Part shown: positions 10,270 through 21,418 of the stretch, piece after piece
How the letters are laid out: every line of letters begins with the position of its first letter
Numbering within the stretch: position 1 is the first letter of the stretch
Source of the DNA: Mugilogobius chulae
Taxonomy: Eukaryota
Reading direction: 5' to 3'
Assembly: GCA_046056395.1 (NCBI GenBank)
Contig: CM100125.1
Coordinates: 45,175,895-45,205,575 of the forward strand
DNA: 29,681 bases
The notes under the pieces: generated by a model
Seen by the model: the letters and a program-made list of their open reading frames with translations, nothing else
What the model was told of the DNA's origin: nothing
The model's database searches: none
Position numbers and translations under genes: made by a program

Positions 10270-10695
10270 GGTTACGCTAGACTTTCTTTATGCCGGTCAA
10301 ATTCCGGTCAATTGGGAGAACAACCGGTCACATTTTATTGCCTTATGCAAACAACTGCACGTGAATTTTGGCAGTAACCTACTTGCTTTCGCCTGCTCTA
10401 CAGTCTCTATTTCTAAAGCTAAAATTGGTCATTGTTAGTGAAGTGTCCATAACTTTTACTCATCAGCGCGAGCCTTGTCTATAGTTTCTTAACCCGAAAA
10501 GCGGCCGGACTGACCACACAACGAACTAATGTGAAATTATCATTAACTAGTCTACAGTAAATCATGTATCATTCCTCATTTTTCTTCGACTTTTTATTTT
10601 TTCACCTATTATTTCTGCCGGTCAAGCTGACCGGGGACGTCTATTTTTTCTGATCAACGGCACATTTTACCGGCCAAAGACCGGCTAACGTAACC
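10270..10695. mobile_element. Roughly 425-bp MITE-like DNA transposon in PARP-like intron 1. Its terminal inverted repeats are GGTTACGCTAG / CTAACGTAACC, with sub-terminal CCGGTCA repeats.
   Basis: The left end ggttacgctag (10270-10280) pairs with the reverse complement of ctaacgtaacc (10685-10695). A ccggtca/tgaccgg motif recurs at about 10293, 10304, 10326, 10618 and 10670. Confidence 0.5.
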
Positions 10696-10972
10696 GCTGA
10701 CAATTACAAAACAGCAGCAATACTGTTAGTTTAAACAACGAAACCTAATGAAATGACTGCTTAAATTAAGAGTACACAGTAATATCATATATGACAGAGG
10801 TCACCAAACCTTTTGCAAAACAAAACTGATGGTGAGCTACTACTTTTAGCAATAAAATGTTTTTAAGTTAATCAGGTCACAGTTAGACTGGCCATTGTCT
10901 ATTTAGAAGTTGACAAGATTGGGCAAAAACAGGCATGTATCATACATAAAATTTGATTAACAAATTGTGTAC

Positions 10973-11100
10973 CTGTTTATTTGGCACATACGACATGTTC
11001 CCTCCATTATCCGTAACTGCGAACTTGATCTTTTTCTTCTCTTTAAATGACAAACCCCTGAGCTCGAACAGCACAGAGCAGTCCTGGAACAGAGCCATGT
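10973..11100 (-). CDS. PARP1-like exon A (start-codon exon, BRCT N-terminal half). Product MALFQDCSVLFELRGLSFKEKKKIKFAVTDNGGNMSYVPNKQ. ATG at 11098-11096.
   Basis: Donor CAG|gtacac. The ATG lies 2 nt after an acceptor tttcttcag (AG at 11101-11102), so a 5' UTR or coding exon further upstream is likely. The translation aligns with PARP1 BRCT start '[41 protein letters not shown]'. The frame is open upstream to 11167. Confidence 0.6.
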
Positions 11101-11460
11101 CTGAAGAAAGAAGAGACACATGAGCACAGTAACATGTGTAGTCCTTAATAACAACCCCAATGTACAAATTAATGTTGGCAAAATCTCAGAAGGTGGGCAA
11201 AACCTGTACAGGTCTATGGGAAATTTGGTTTATGGAAGCAATGACCACAATATGAACAGTTGACGAACAACAGTTGACCCTTATTATTATTTGTCATTAG
11301 TGAGTTCACAATCTCATGGCTTTAGGTTTTTTGTTTTAGGCATAATTTAACTTACTGACACGATTTGCCACTAGAATAAGCAAGTGCTTATCATTTCCTT
11401 ATTTAAAGTAAAACTACATATTTTACATCTGTTGTTCCATCAGCAAATTAGATCTTACTG

Positions 11461-12457
11461 GGAATTTACACCAGGAGCTGCAGCAGCACGTAACTGCAGC
11501 AGCACGTCATACGCGCGTATTTTCAAAAGCTTCAATCTCCACTAGACGCGTCAGTGCTGCTCCAATAACGCGAGCCTGAGCATCTACACACATGAATAAA
11601 CCAAAAAACTGCTCCATATTATGAACGAGGAAGAGCCTAAAACTGTGAATCAGAGGTGCGGTGTTCATTAACAGGCCGCGGTGTTGCATTTGCATATTTT
11701 ACATCAGGGCTTTTTGCCTACTTCACGTTGTACTAAGAACCTTAATTGTTCTTCTATTTCTCACACCGTCCCGCAAATAATAGCGTAGGATTTCTCTCGC
11801 CTGCTCTCTCATCCACGTGCACGCGCATTGGCACCCCAACAGGCACGCGCGGCACCGAGAAGAGCAGCTGGAGGGAGAGCAGACCCGCCGGGGAGAAAAA
11901 AAGACGTAGGTACGGCTAAAACGGCTCATATAAAGCGATTGTGAGCAGAGGGAACAGCGTTGTTTTCACAAACGCGTTCGTTACATGTTCAGCTGTAAAA
12001 TGATGTGTGGTTTAAAACAGTCTGACGCATATTCATGGAGAAAAGAGTCTCATAAGGACGTGATTTAAAGAAATCAGAAAGTTTGCAATGTTCACGGTCG
12101 TTAACGGCCGTTCACGGAGCTTCTGGGCACGGTACATGTTGTTTTAGTGGCTGTAATCTTTGTAGTTGACGTATTTTGAAAGGGCATCGTACTTTATTTT
12201 GTCTCTGCGCGGCTTTTTCTTGTGTTTTTCCTGCTAAAAAGCCCGGGAGACTGGTAAATTAGAAGTCCGTCCTATTTTGAACGACGCGTAGCGTATTGAC
12301 GGCCGTCAGACGGCCGTCAGACGCGCGTCTCACACTTCTGGTGTAAATTGTCAGAACCAAATCAGACTTGATTCCATTATGAGCGTATCCTGCGCGTATG
12401 ACGGCCGTATGACGTGCTGCTGCAGTTACGCGCTGCTACAGCTTTGGTGTAAATTGG
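11461..12457. mobile_element. Roughly 1 kb CpG-rich non-autonomous DNA transposon with terminal inverted repeats of about 55 bp and sub-terminal direct repeats.
   Basis: The left terminus aatttacaccaggagctgcagcagcacgtaactgcagcagcacgtcatacgcgcg (11463-11517) pairs with the reverse complement of cgcgtatgacggccgtatgacgtgctgctgcagttacgcgctgctacagctttggtgtaaatt (12390-12455). Internal repeats gtcagacggccgtcagacg and cgtatgacggccgtatgacg are present. There is no long ORF, so the element is non-autonomous. Confidence 0.7.
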
Positions 12458-12463
12458 GGGTTA

Positions 12464-12816
12464 TGGTGCGTTCCAGGCAACTGGGAACTGGTATATGTGC
12501 CACCTCCCACTTGTAAAAATGCGCTGGAACGCCACTCGAACTGGTTAATCCCACTTGTGAACTGGGACCTGGTCGAGGAAGCCCCACTTCACATACGAGT
12601 TCAACAATAACCAAAAAAATTATTGAGGGGTTTAACTGACGCAAAAACAATGTAAACATTGATTACAGGTTATTTACCGTTACTTTTGATTAGCCTAAAG
12701 GTTAGCATTAGCCATAATGTTTACATACGAGTTGATTACGTTGGAACGCTCTGAACTGGGAACTGGTACTTTTAAAGTGAGAAATGTCCCAGTTCCCAGT
12801 TGCCTGGAACGCAGCA
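12464..12816. mobile_element. 353-bp PIF/Harbinger-like (Tourist-type) MITE flanked by a TTA target-site duplication.
   Basis: The left terminal inverted repeat tggtgcgttccaggcaactgggaactgg (12464-12491) pairs with the reverse complement of ccagttcccagttgcctggaacgcagca (12789-12816). TTA is found at 12461-12463 and again at 12817-12819. Internal copies ctggaacgccactcgaactgg and ctgaactgggaactgg are present. Confidence 0.7.
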
Positions 12817-14074
12817 TTAGGACAGTCAAAACTAGATGAAAATTTCAAGGTCTTATAAACTTGTTGCTTTAAGTAAAATGGTACATTTTTTCCAGTGTAC
12901 TTTAAATTTGGCCAATTTGTTGGGTTATAAGAAGCACACATACACGGCTGCACCAGGCACCATAATAGATCCATGGGCTGCACTTACTGTAAGCATGAAA
13001 CATAACAGAGCTATTACACTGAGGTGTCATTTCCTGAACAGGAAACGCGGAAGCAACTTATTTGGATCCAAAATCTATGCAGCAGATTTGACAAAGACAT
13101 AAAATTCGTAATGTCTGCTCTAACTATCTCATAGCACTAGTTTTTGCCAAGTTTATAGATTTAAATAGTGAATAAAATATTACTGCAAAAGCGAGTCACC
13201 AGAATTGGCAAGTTATCAGCACAAGTCACGTTTCAAGTTATATTTACGTCTCATAAATAAACAGTATTGATAAAAGTTGGTTTGTGATATAGAAAAATGA
13301 CGGACACACCTGTATTTGACCCGTGCTGCTCTGCATTCGCCTTCGGGTGCTGTCTGAGGTCTGTCCCGTCGATTTTGTTGTTGTAAAGTGAATGTGTTGT
13401 GCAGGAGGAGTGAGCTTTTCAAAATAAAAGCTGGTGCATTTAACGACACAGTTCTAGGAATTAAATATGACATTTAATTTACTAGCAACAGACGTTACTT
13501 TCAGATATATTTAATGTAATATGCACAAGTTTAAGACTACCGGCCAAGCAGCATGTTGCTAGCTTATTACAATCTTTTATTTTGAAACTAACGTCAATGT
13601 TGCGCTGCTCCAGATCTGAAAGAACTTGACCAGCCCCGACAAGTTAAACAACTCTGCTGTTCTTCTCTTTTCTTCTCTTTCAATTGCAAAGTCATGTGGT
13701 TTGATAATTACTGACAGTTACAAGTATCCTTGCATTTACTTAATTCACTTTTTCCAGTGTCTTCTCAGAGTAAATAATACTCTCTCACTTTTTTATTTTT
13801 CCATTGTGAGTAGGCCTAAATCAATATTTACAAAAGGAAACCATGCAACAAATCATGAATGTGGATGAAATTGTTGTACATGTGTTGATAATTTATGATT
13901 GTATGAAACTGTACACTAGACTAGATAATGACCAAAACATCTGCCATAGGACAGAACACCTTTGGACTCATCATTCTTCTGCACCAGTATTTTAGGACAA
14001 GACGATGTTCATCTTTAAAAAGCACGTGTAGGACTGTAATCACTCAAGGCATGCTCCAGTGTTGTGGTCTAAAA

Positions 14075-14250
14075 ACTTGGGGTAGCTATTTTTTTAATTT
14101 TAAAATAGTAAATGTTATCTTTTGCACTAAAACAGTAAATGCAGCACTTTGTGAAAAAGTTAGACCACTGAGTGCTTTCTAATGTGAATCATTTTCTAAT
14201 CAGGAACCAATGATTCTGATTGGCTGTGCTTGAGTGGCCCTCTCCAGTTT
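14075..14250. repeat. Interspersed repeat of unknown family, copy B.
   Basis: It matches 3968-4160 in the same orientation. Confidence 0.6.
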
Positions 14251-14817
14251 CATTGTGCTGTTTGTAAAAACACATTTATTGACTATAATCACAACCAAAA
14301 TGAATTGATATTATATATGTGCTGAAGGGTTTATGCGAGGAAGTTGTCAGATGTAAAACATACATCGTGTTTGCATTGTTAAAATCAGCTACCCCATCTT
14401 TAATGAACCAAACAGCCTTCACAATTCTGCAACAGCAGTTTATACAGAAAAGTAACAGAAAACAATGTATGTTTCATGCAGTTCATACTTATTCAGTTTA
14501 TGTATGCAAGCTTGGTTGGTTGTACTGATCCCCTTTATACATTTTTAATCGCTAATTAATCGATTAATACTTGCTTAGAACTCATTAACAATTTTACCTG
14601 CTCTTGTTGTGAATACTGCTGCTTTTCTGTCCTTTGCCAGTACCATATTATTATTATAGTATATGTATTTAAATATTTTTCCATTAATAAATCAAATACA
14701 ATGCAGCAAAGTGACAATTAGAAAATCATGAATAGACTATTAAGGTAGAGTTCAGGTCAGGTGAACATAATTAGATTGTTCTATCTTTGTTTTTTAACTT
14801 AGGCCTATAAAGCAGCA

Positions 14818-14880
14818 GGCTGTGTGTGTGTGTTTGTGGGTGTGTGCAACATGTGCGTGTGTGTTTGTGTGTATGTGCTG
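14818..14880. repeat. Imperfect (TG)n/(GT)n microsatellite.
   Basis: tgtgtgtgtgtgtttgtgggtgtgtgcaacatgtgcgtgtgtgtttgtgtgtatgtg. Confidence 0.9.
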
Positions 14881-16290
14881 CAGCCACGGTAACAGGGGCA
14901 CACACAGTACCACCTTAAACAAGCCTAGCAACAGAGATTAAGCCCAAACACCTCCTGTCAGGCTGGCTAAAGAACTCATCCATTAAAAGTAAAGGTGTGT
15001 TTTGTGGCCCTGCTTTTGTCACAGACTTGCAGAGGTTTTGATGCTGTCGACAGAGAATCACATGAAGGATTTGCCTCTGTCAGTGCTGAGTCGAGGATGT
15101 GCTCAGTTTGTCCAATGTGAGGGGAAACAAAATGGACGACTGGATGTATGCTTCACACCAGAGGTACAACTCCTACACTGATTTATAGGTTTTACTTTTT
15201 GATTAGTCGCAGCATAATTTAATTGTACTTGGAACGTTCATTTGATTCCAATTACATATTATGCAAAACTGACTTTATTGAGTGTTTAATCTTGTTCTAA
15301 CTTTGCTTCTTCATCAAAAACACAGATAAGTTTTGCCTGTGAGATACTAATCTTTTCCCTCTAAGCCTCAGAAAACACTTGTCTGAATTTCTCAAATGTG
15401 TAATGTCATAGTTACATCTCTGAGATCTTCTGCACTGTTTTTAAGCTCATAAATCATTGACTTGCTATAGGAGCATTTCTGCATCATTAGCATATCAGGC
15501 AAGGTCAGTTTGATTATTTCCCCTGTGTCATTTCCCTTGCAGCCATTAGATGGAGCTCTAACTCAATTTCTGATTTGAGAAACACTTTCATTTGTGCTTT
15601 ACTACACAACACTTTTTATCGTTTCTGTGCATTGGATTACAAAGTGGGTGTCTATGTTTAACGAATGACAATACAGTAATCCAAATAATTTACCCTTTAA
15701 TACTGATTGAACAAGGCAGTTAAATGTCTTATTTTATTATTCATTTCTATTTTGGTGTGAATTCTGGAAGCTGTGAATATTAAATTAAAGTTTAATCATA
15801 AACATTATGACCTCTAAATACCACTTTCTTTGCAGGTTATGTATGCTTTAATGAATAATATTTAAATGATTTTACACTCTTCTTCACACTGCAGGATTAC
15901 TACATTTGGAAGGCACACGGCCCTTTACTGCGTCTGTCCACCAGTGGCTGCGTTTTCACAGAACCAGAGTCGCTCTCCCTAAAACCTTCAGCACACGCAG
16001 AGGCGCACTGCTGCTGTACTCTCAGGTATTATGGCTTCGTGAAAAAGTTTTACATAGAAAAACTGTAAATATATGTGAACTACATTGTACTCTCAGGGTC
16101 TGGCAAATTCTTATGATGGAAAAGACTATGGACAGTGCAGTGCTCAGTCATTTCAGCAGGAAGAAAACATCTCTATAAAGCTACCACAGTCTGTTCTGAA
16201 CCACAGTGGAGTACATGTAAGACAAACATTTAAGTTTACCTATTCCGCTTCAGCCTTTTTCAACAAACTGTTCTTATTAGGAAAGCAACC

Positions 16291-16452
16291 ATGAATCTCC
16301 CACTGTCACACTTCCTGCTCTTCATCATCCTCATCCTCTCGACATTAAATACTCTGGGTCTTTGCTTTGTCATCGAGAGTTCACTTCAGAGCAGCAAATA
16401 CAACCACTGCCTCAGTGTGATTTTATGGAACAGCAAGAAAGTCAATGTGAAG
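16291..16452 (+). CDS. Candidate exon 1 of a small secreted protein: MNLPLSHFLLFIILILSTLNTLGLCFVIESSLQSSKYNHCLSVILWNSKKVNVK. It has a signal-peptide-like N-terminus.
   Basis: The ATG sits in a Kozak-like context (caaccATGa). A hydrophobic h-region is followed by a small-residue cleavage context. The donor GTGAAG|gtaaaat is strong. Confidence 0.3.
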
Positions 16453-17176
16453 GTAAAATACATGAGACAGAATTATTTTGTATGATTTAATCTGGTCTCA
16501 CAATGGTGTTCAACAGTGACCGCTCTCAGTGCCTGATTATGTAAAAAAAAAAAAGTCAGAGAAAAAGCATAAATAACTGAAAAAATTATAAAATTAATGG
16601 AACAATTTTATAAAATCTGTTTCTGGAACTTTACAAAAAGCGAAATTATTAAAGCAATCATAAAATCTTTCTTTACTCCCTTACTTCTACTTCTCTACTT
16701 ATGTTGAACTCCATTTATGCTAATGATTGCATTTTCCAGGCTAAATGCATTACACTGCAAAAATTATATCTAGACTTGCTGAAAAGGACTTGGAATTTTG
16801 AGCTGTTTTAACTGGATAAAATTTAATTACTTATGTGAGAGAATTTGGCCTAAAATAAGAAAAACAATTTGCCAATGGAGTAAGAACAATTTTCTTAATC
16901 TATAATTTGGCTTGAAATAAGAAGCAATGTCTTAAAATCAGTTCAAAAAACTTTGGAACAAGGAAAATAATCTATGTCTCTACAATAAAGATTAAATTAG
17001 TCAAAAACCTTGAAATTAGGTTTAAATCCTAGAGGCAAGCAACTTTAACTTGTCTTAAATTAATTTTTTGCATTGTAATTTAAATAAAGTCGTGATTCTT
17101 CATTTATATCAGTTAATTCAAAATATAGAGATTTTTACCCCAAAAAATGATCAACAAACTCTCTATTTTCTTATAG

Positions 17177-17329
17177 ATGGACACAGAAGAAGGATCAGTG
17201 TGTTTCTCCAGATGCCTTCAGTCACTGCAGATTCAGCTTCACTTGAGAAACATCATTTTAAAAATGCTACAGAAGCAAAAGAAGAAAAGGATTTTAAAAG
17301 GGTGCCTAGAGTTTTACCATTTTAATTAA
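17177..17329 (+). CDS. Candidate terminal exon of the same small secreted protein: MDTEEGSVCFSRCLQSLQIQLHLRNIILKMLQKQKKKRILKGCLEFYHFN*.
   Basis: The acceptor ctctattttcttatag is strong. The frame is in phase with exon 1 and ends with a basic KQKKKR cluster before a stop at 17327-17329. A second frame is also open across this exon. Confidence 0.25.
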   Translation: MDTEEGSVCFSRCLQSLQIQLHLRNIILKMLQKQKKKRILKGCLEFYHFN

Positions 17330-18363
17330 CCGTTTAAAGGTGCACTAGGCAACTTTTCTGATGGTTCGATCTCCATTTGTTGAAATTAGAACAAAAAATA
17401 CCATGAAAATCTTGTGTTTTTTGTTGTGAATGGGCTTCACAGATCACATGGTCCAAAACTAAAGAAAAAAATGTATTAGTCACTGTCAGGGAAAAACAAA
17501 ACAATACACTGAAATACAATTCAGCAGCTTCATGATTATAAGCTTAATACTAAATACCAAATAATAGGCAAATGAATAATTGTATCCATAGAAACAAACA
17601 GGTTACTGACTCATTACCAGAAAAGTTACATAGGGCATCTTTAAATCTTTCCCATTAGAATCTATTGTCGACTAGTGCGGCACAAATTCAACAACAAGAA
17701 GTGACTGATGTAGCCAGTGGAATTCATCAGTCAGACTCAAGCAGAAATAATGATCATGGGAAGAGACACGAGGACAAGGTATTCCCCAAACAATCAAGCA
17801 CAAGACAATCTGGACAAGGTAAATGTGTTCTTACACAACCTCGATCTACCTCTTAAACTCTGTTGTCATTCTTTATCAAAACAAGTGTCTCCGGGCTAGA
17901 GCTGAGTGATATTGACAAAATTGTATATCTCGATCATTTTTTGGCATATTTCGATTACAATATTCAGTCAATATTGTTTCAAGAGAAATACATAAAAAAA
18001 TTGACAGAATTTGTGTTATACTTTTTAATTAATAAAAATTCTAGTCACTTAAAATACCAATGAGTGATCAATAAACTAAAATATCAGAGTCTAACTTTAT
18101 ATTTACAATGTAAATTTCTTACTTAAAAAAAAAAATAAATAAATAAGCTGATCTTAAAGACAACAATCACTATATAATCTAAAATTTTATCTATTGCACA
18201 CCTCTACTCTGGACAAGGCTTGTGGCTGGACATCCAAACTTAGTAAATTCACTTTCTTTTGTTCTAAATAGTTGGGTTTCTTCCTCCTCTGAAAGCAGCA
18301 CAACCAGTCCAGTTTGAATCTCACAAAATGCATTCTGACAGAGTAAGTGAACAACCTCAAATA

Positions 18364-18565
18364 CCGTAATTTCTGGCCTATGAGACGCTACTTTTTTCTC
18401 AAGCTTTGAACACTGCGCCTTATACGGCAATGCAGCAAAATGATAGATTCTCATAGACTTACTATTAACAAGTGTGGCCTACATATGTACTTTATCATTT
18501 TTCTTACTTAAATCTAGTGGGTGCGGCTTATATTCAGGTGCGCTCAATAGGGCAGAAATTACAGT
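18364..18565. mobile_element. Tc1/mariner-like MITE, copy 1 (about 200 bp), flanked by TA.
   Basis: Termini are ccgtaatttctgg and its reverse complement ccagaaattacag/gggcagaaattacag. TA dinucleotides flank it at 18362-18363 and 18566-18567. It is about 90% identical to the copy at 27037-27236. Confidence 0.7.
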
Positions 18566-18723
18566 ACAACAGATGCGTGCCAAATTCATATCTTCCCTCA
18601 CCTGTAGTTCTTCTGTATTTTTGACAGTGTGCAGAACGTCTACCTCCAATAGAAGAAACAGGAGCAGGGAGAACGAGAGGTTTGGATCACAACCCCGCAG
18701 ACGTCAAACTTTTAAAAAACACA

Positions 18724-18775
18724 ATGGGATCTCAGCAGACGTTCCTCCCTCGACTGGTACCTGAGGCGAATGAGG
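18724..18775 (+). CDS. MAP7-domain-like coiled-coil gene, exon 1: MGSQQTFLPRLVPEANE(G).
   Basis: Kozak-like context cacaATGG and donor GAGG|gtaagg. The phase (1) chains correctly into the next five exons. Confidence 0.4.
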
Positions 18776-20059
18776 GTAAGGTCGAATCTGCTGTAAAACT
18801 TCAATAAAAAGGCCTGCTACTGACTTTGTGAAAACCCAAGAGAATTAATCTAGAATTAGAAGTACCCAGAAGGTGAAAAGCTACTGTAACTGTTTTAAAT
18901 CAGTCAAGCCATGTGACAATGTCTGCATAGAGTCAGTTACCATTACTGTTAATACATTTCTAATATCGAATGCATTGCTTACCTTCACTAAACAAGAAAA
19001 ATGGACATTTACAAATAGAAAATAAACATTTTGAATTTGATTGATGATGATTTGTTAAAAAGAAATATAGCAAATAAAAATACCTATAAAAATGACCCTA
19101 ACACAGGACTATTCAAGTACATTTACCATTGAGCTATATTTGTCAGAGAGCTGTGGTCATAGGGCTGGACTACAAAAGTGAACTGCAAATGCGTTTTACT
19201 TTCACTATCTACAAGCCAATCGCAATGGTGTCATTTACAAAAAAAACTACAATAAATAAACAATAATGTGCATAAAAACAGGACTAAGCCAATAAACAAA
19301 CCTTATGTTAACAACTGGACTTGAATCAGAGCAGCAATGGGACTAGACCGGACTGCAAACCTCATCTTGACTACAATCGCACATGAAATGTGACTCAATC
19401 AGGAGGACTATAATTTTAACTATTTAAACTGCAAAACAGAATCTTGATGATGCCTAAGCTATACTGTATAACAGCTAACAGATTGGACTTAAGCAATACG
19501 GTCAAGTCCATGACCTATTTTTTCATGCTGGGCCAAAACATACTGCTCAGTGGGCTGCATTTGGCACCCCAGGTCATAGCCCTGCCCTAACAGTTTTTGG
19601 TACAGTAATACTCACAAAATCACACATTTTTGTCGTATTTTTTAAAGAAAAGACCCAGAGACAGAGACAAGAAAAGTCATCAGTCTGCACAGCAAACAGA
19701 AGACATGGAGCTATCGAATAATTGAGAGACAAGAATTGGAAAACTACAATAACTTTTCACTAAATACAGAAGAAGGTGTGTTGTGATTATTTCTAATGTC
19801 ATACTGTATATTTTAAGCTCAACTTTCACTCAGTGGTTGTACTTACAGGGTGTTTTGCTCCAGTCGGGCTGCTCACTGGGAAAAAAGGCCCAGGACGTCA
19901 GAGCTCTTTAGCATTTTTACAAAAACTTTCTGAAGAATCCAGTGACCCTAGAAACTTAGAGGTGGTGAGGGGCGTTCTGCCGCTGGAACTCAGAGGTAGA
20001 GTCAAACTATAAGTCAAGTTTTATTTTTGCAAGACTGAATTGTAATTGTATTTTTTCAG

Positions 20060-20161
20060 ATTTGCAAGGCCAGTCTGTAGGAAGTCTGATCCTGGGTCCT
20101 GACGGTGAAATTATCCAAATCTCAATGTTTGATAACATCCAGCACAGCGCTCGAGAACACG
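20060..20161 (+). CDS. MAP7-domain-like gene, exon 2: (D)LQGQSVGSLILGPDGEIIQISMFDNIQHSAREH.
   Basis: Acceptor attttttcag and donor CACG|gtagag. The exon is in frame with the six-frame ORF at 20062-20280. Confidence 0.45.
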
Positions 20162-21085
20162 GTAGAGTTTGTGATGTTTCCACACTACAACTGGAGAAAG
20201 AAAATGAGCTCAATAGAGTAATAGCTTTGATCAGTCTCAATCCAATCTATAAAGAAGAAACAAGTGAAGTCATACAATAAGATAAGATAAAATAAAAGAA
20301 CAATGTGTAAATCTGTTGCAAAGTTTATGGAGAATAAAAACTTGCCAAAGAGAAATCAAGATAAACAGCTATTGAATATTGACTTCAAAGTCCTATATTA
20401 TGCTTATTGAACTCTTGTTAACTTTTAGCCCTGTTCGAATGCTGGTAGCTCATCAAAAACAAACCCAGGACAGTGAAGCGATTCTTGTATTTGCACTTAA
20501 GACATCACAAAGGGGAACATGTTTTTAGACTGACAGGAAAATGTAGCCTTTAAAATATGTCAAATTTGTGTTAAACGTGTAAACAAAATGCAACTTCAAC
20601 TGTGTTTTTGATAAGGAAACATTAGATTGTGGAAACAATGACACAAAATGGACCTTATAGATGTACTATAGAAAAACATGTGTATTTAAAGTAAAAGTTA
20701 CTTAAACACACGTCTATACAAAGATTATTATATTATCTGTGAAATTATACCACTGCTCATTCCCAGTATTCTCTCACTCAGTGCATACTTAGAACCTCAT
20801 TTATCAAGCATTTGCAAACCAGTTAATGGGAACAAAAACTTGACACATTTAGTCTCACACAGACACCAAAAATGCAACATTTGAGTTGAGGCATGTGGAT
20901 TTTGTAGAAGATGTTACATGTGCATCTGCCAGTAGTAAATTGAGCGCAAAACGCTCACATATAACATAATTGTTTTCTCAATTTTTGCCGGTTGATAAAT
21001 GAGACTTGTTTAAAGCAAACCACATATTCGAGACAAACACATGACATAAATATTTACCAGATTTTACCATGTTCTTATTCTGAAG

Positions 21086-21163
21086 CTCTCGAGGTCGTAT
21101 CAGCCAAAGGAGAGAGGCTCCCATGGGTTGTCCTGCTCCAACCTGAAAACCACCAACTGACAG
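21086..21163 (+). CDS. MAP7-domain-like gene, exon 3: (A)LEVVSAKGERLPWVVLLQPENHQLT.
   Basis: Acceptor ttattctgaag and donor ACAG|gtattag. Phase is consistent with neighbours. Confidence 0.45.
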
Positions 21164-21254
21164 GTATTAGATAAAATAAACAGTAATATTTCTTTTGTGA
21201 CTAAAACCACACTTTAAATCACTGATCAATTTTGTTCCATTTTCACCTTTCTAG

Positions 21255-21307
21255 ACAAAAATGAGATGCAAATGGTCGACATTAAACAAGATCACAACTT
21301 TGATAAA
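21255..21307 (+). CDS. MAP7-domain-like gene, exon 4: (D)KNEMQMVDIKQDHNFDK.
   Basis: Acceptor cctttctag and donor AAA|gtaagc. It takes the reading frame from phase 1 to phase 0. Confidence 0.4.
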
Positions 21308-21418
21308 GTAAGCTTAAAGACAAAATAAATAGCTAAGAAATATAACATGATTGTCAGATTTTTCAAGGTAGACATTTCGGTCTTTGGTTGTAATAAGTAA
21401 TGATTTTGTCTTTTTTAG

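Noticed and set aside
11700-12330. A CpG-island-like block that looked like the PARP-like gene's promoter
   Set aside because: It lies wholly inside a roughly 1 kb element bounded by about 55-bp terminal inverted repeats with sub-terminal repeats. It is therefore transposon cargo. Promoter use remains possible but cannot be asserted from sequence.
13300-16200. Possible plus-strand exons (a 5' UTR-like piece near 13300-13400, ATG at 15141, ORF 15906-16178)
   Set aside because: I could not chain them into a phase-consistent model. The open frames are short and lack recognisable domains.
19140-19590. Possible MITE with ggtcatagggctgg / ccaggtcatagccctgcc ends
   Set aside because: The two ends share a direct 'ggtcatag' core but are not clean inverted repeats. 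I could not define terminal inverted repeats or a target-site duplication.
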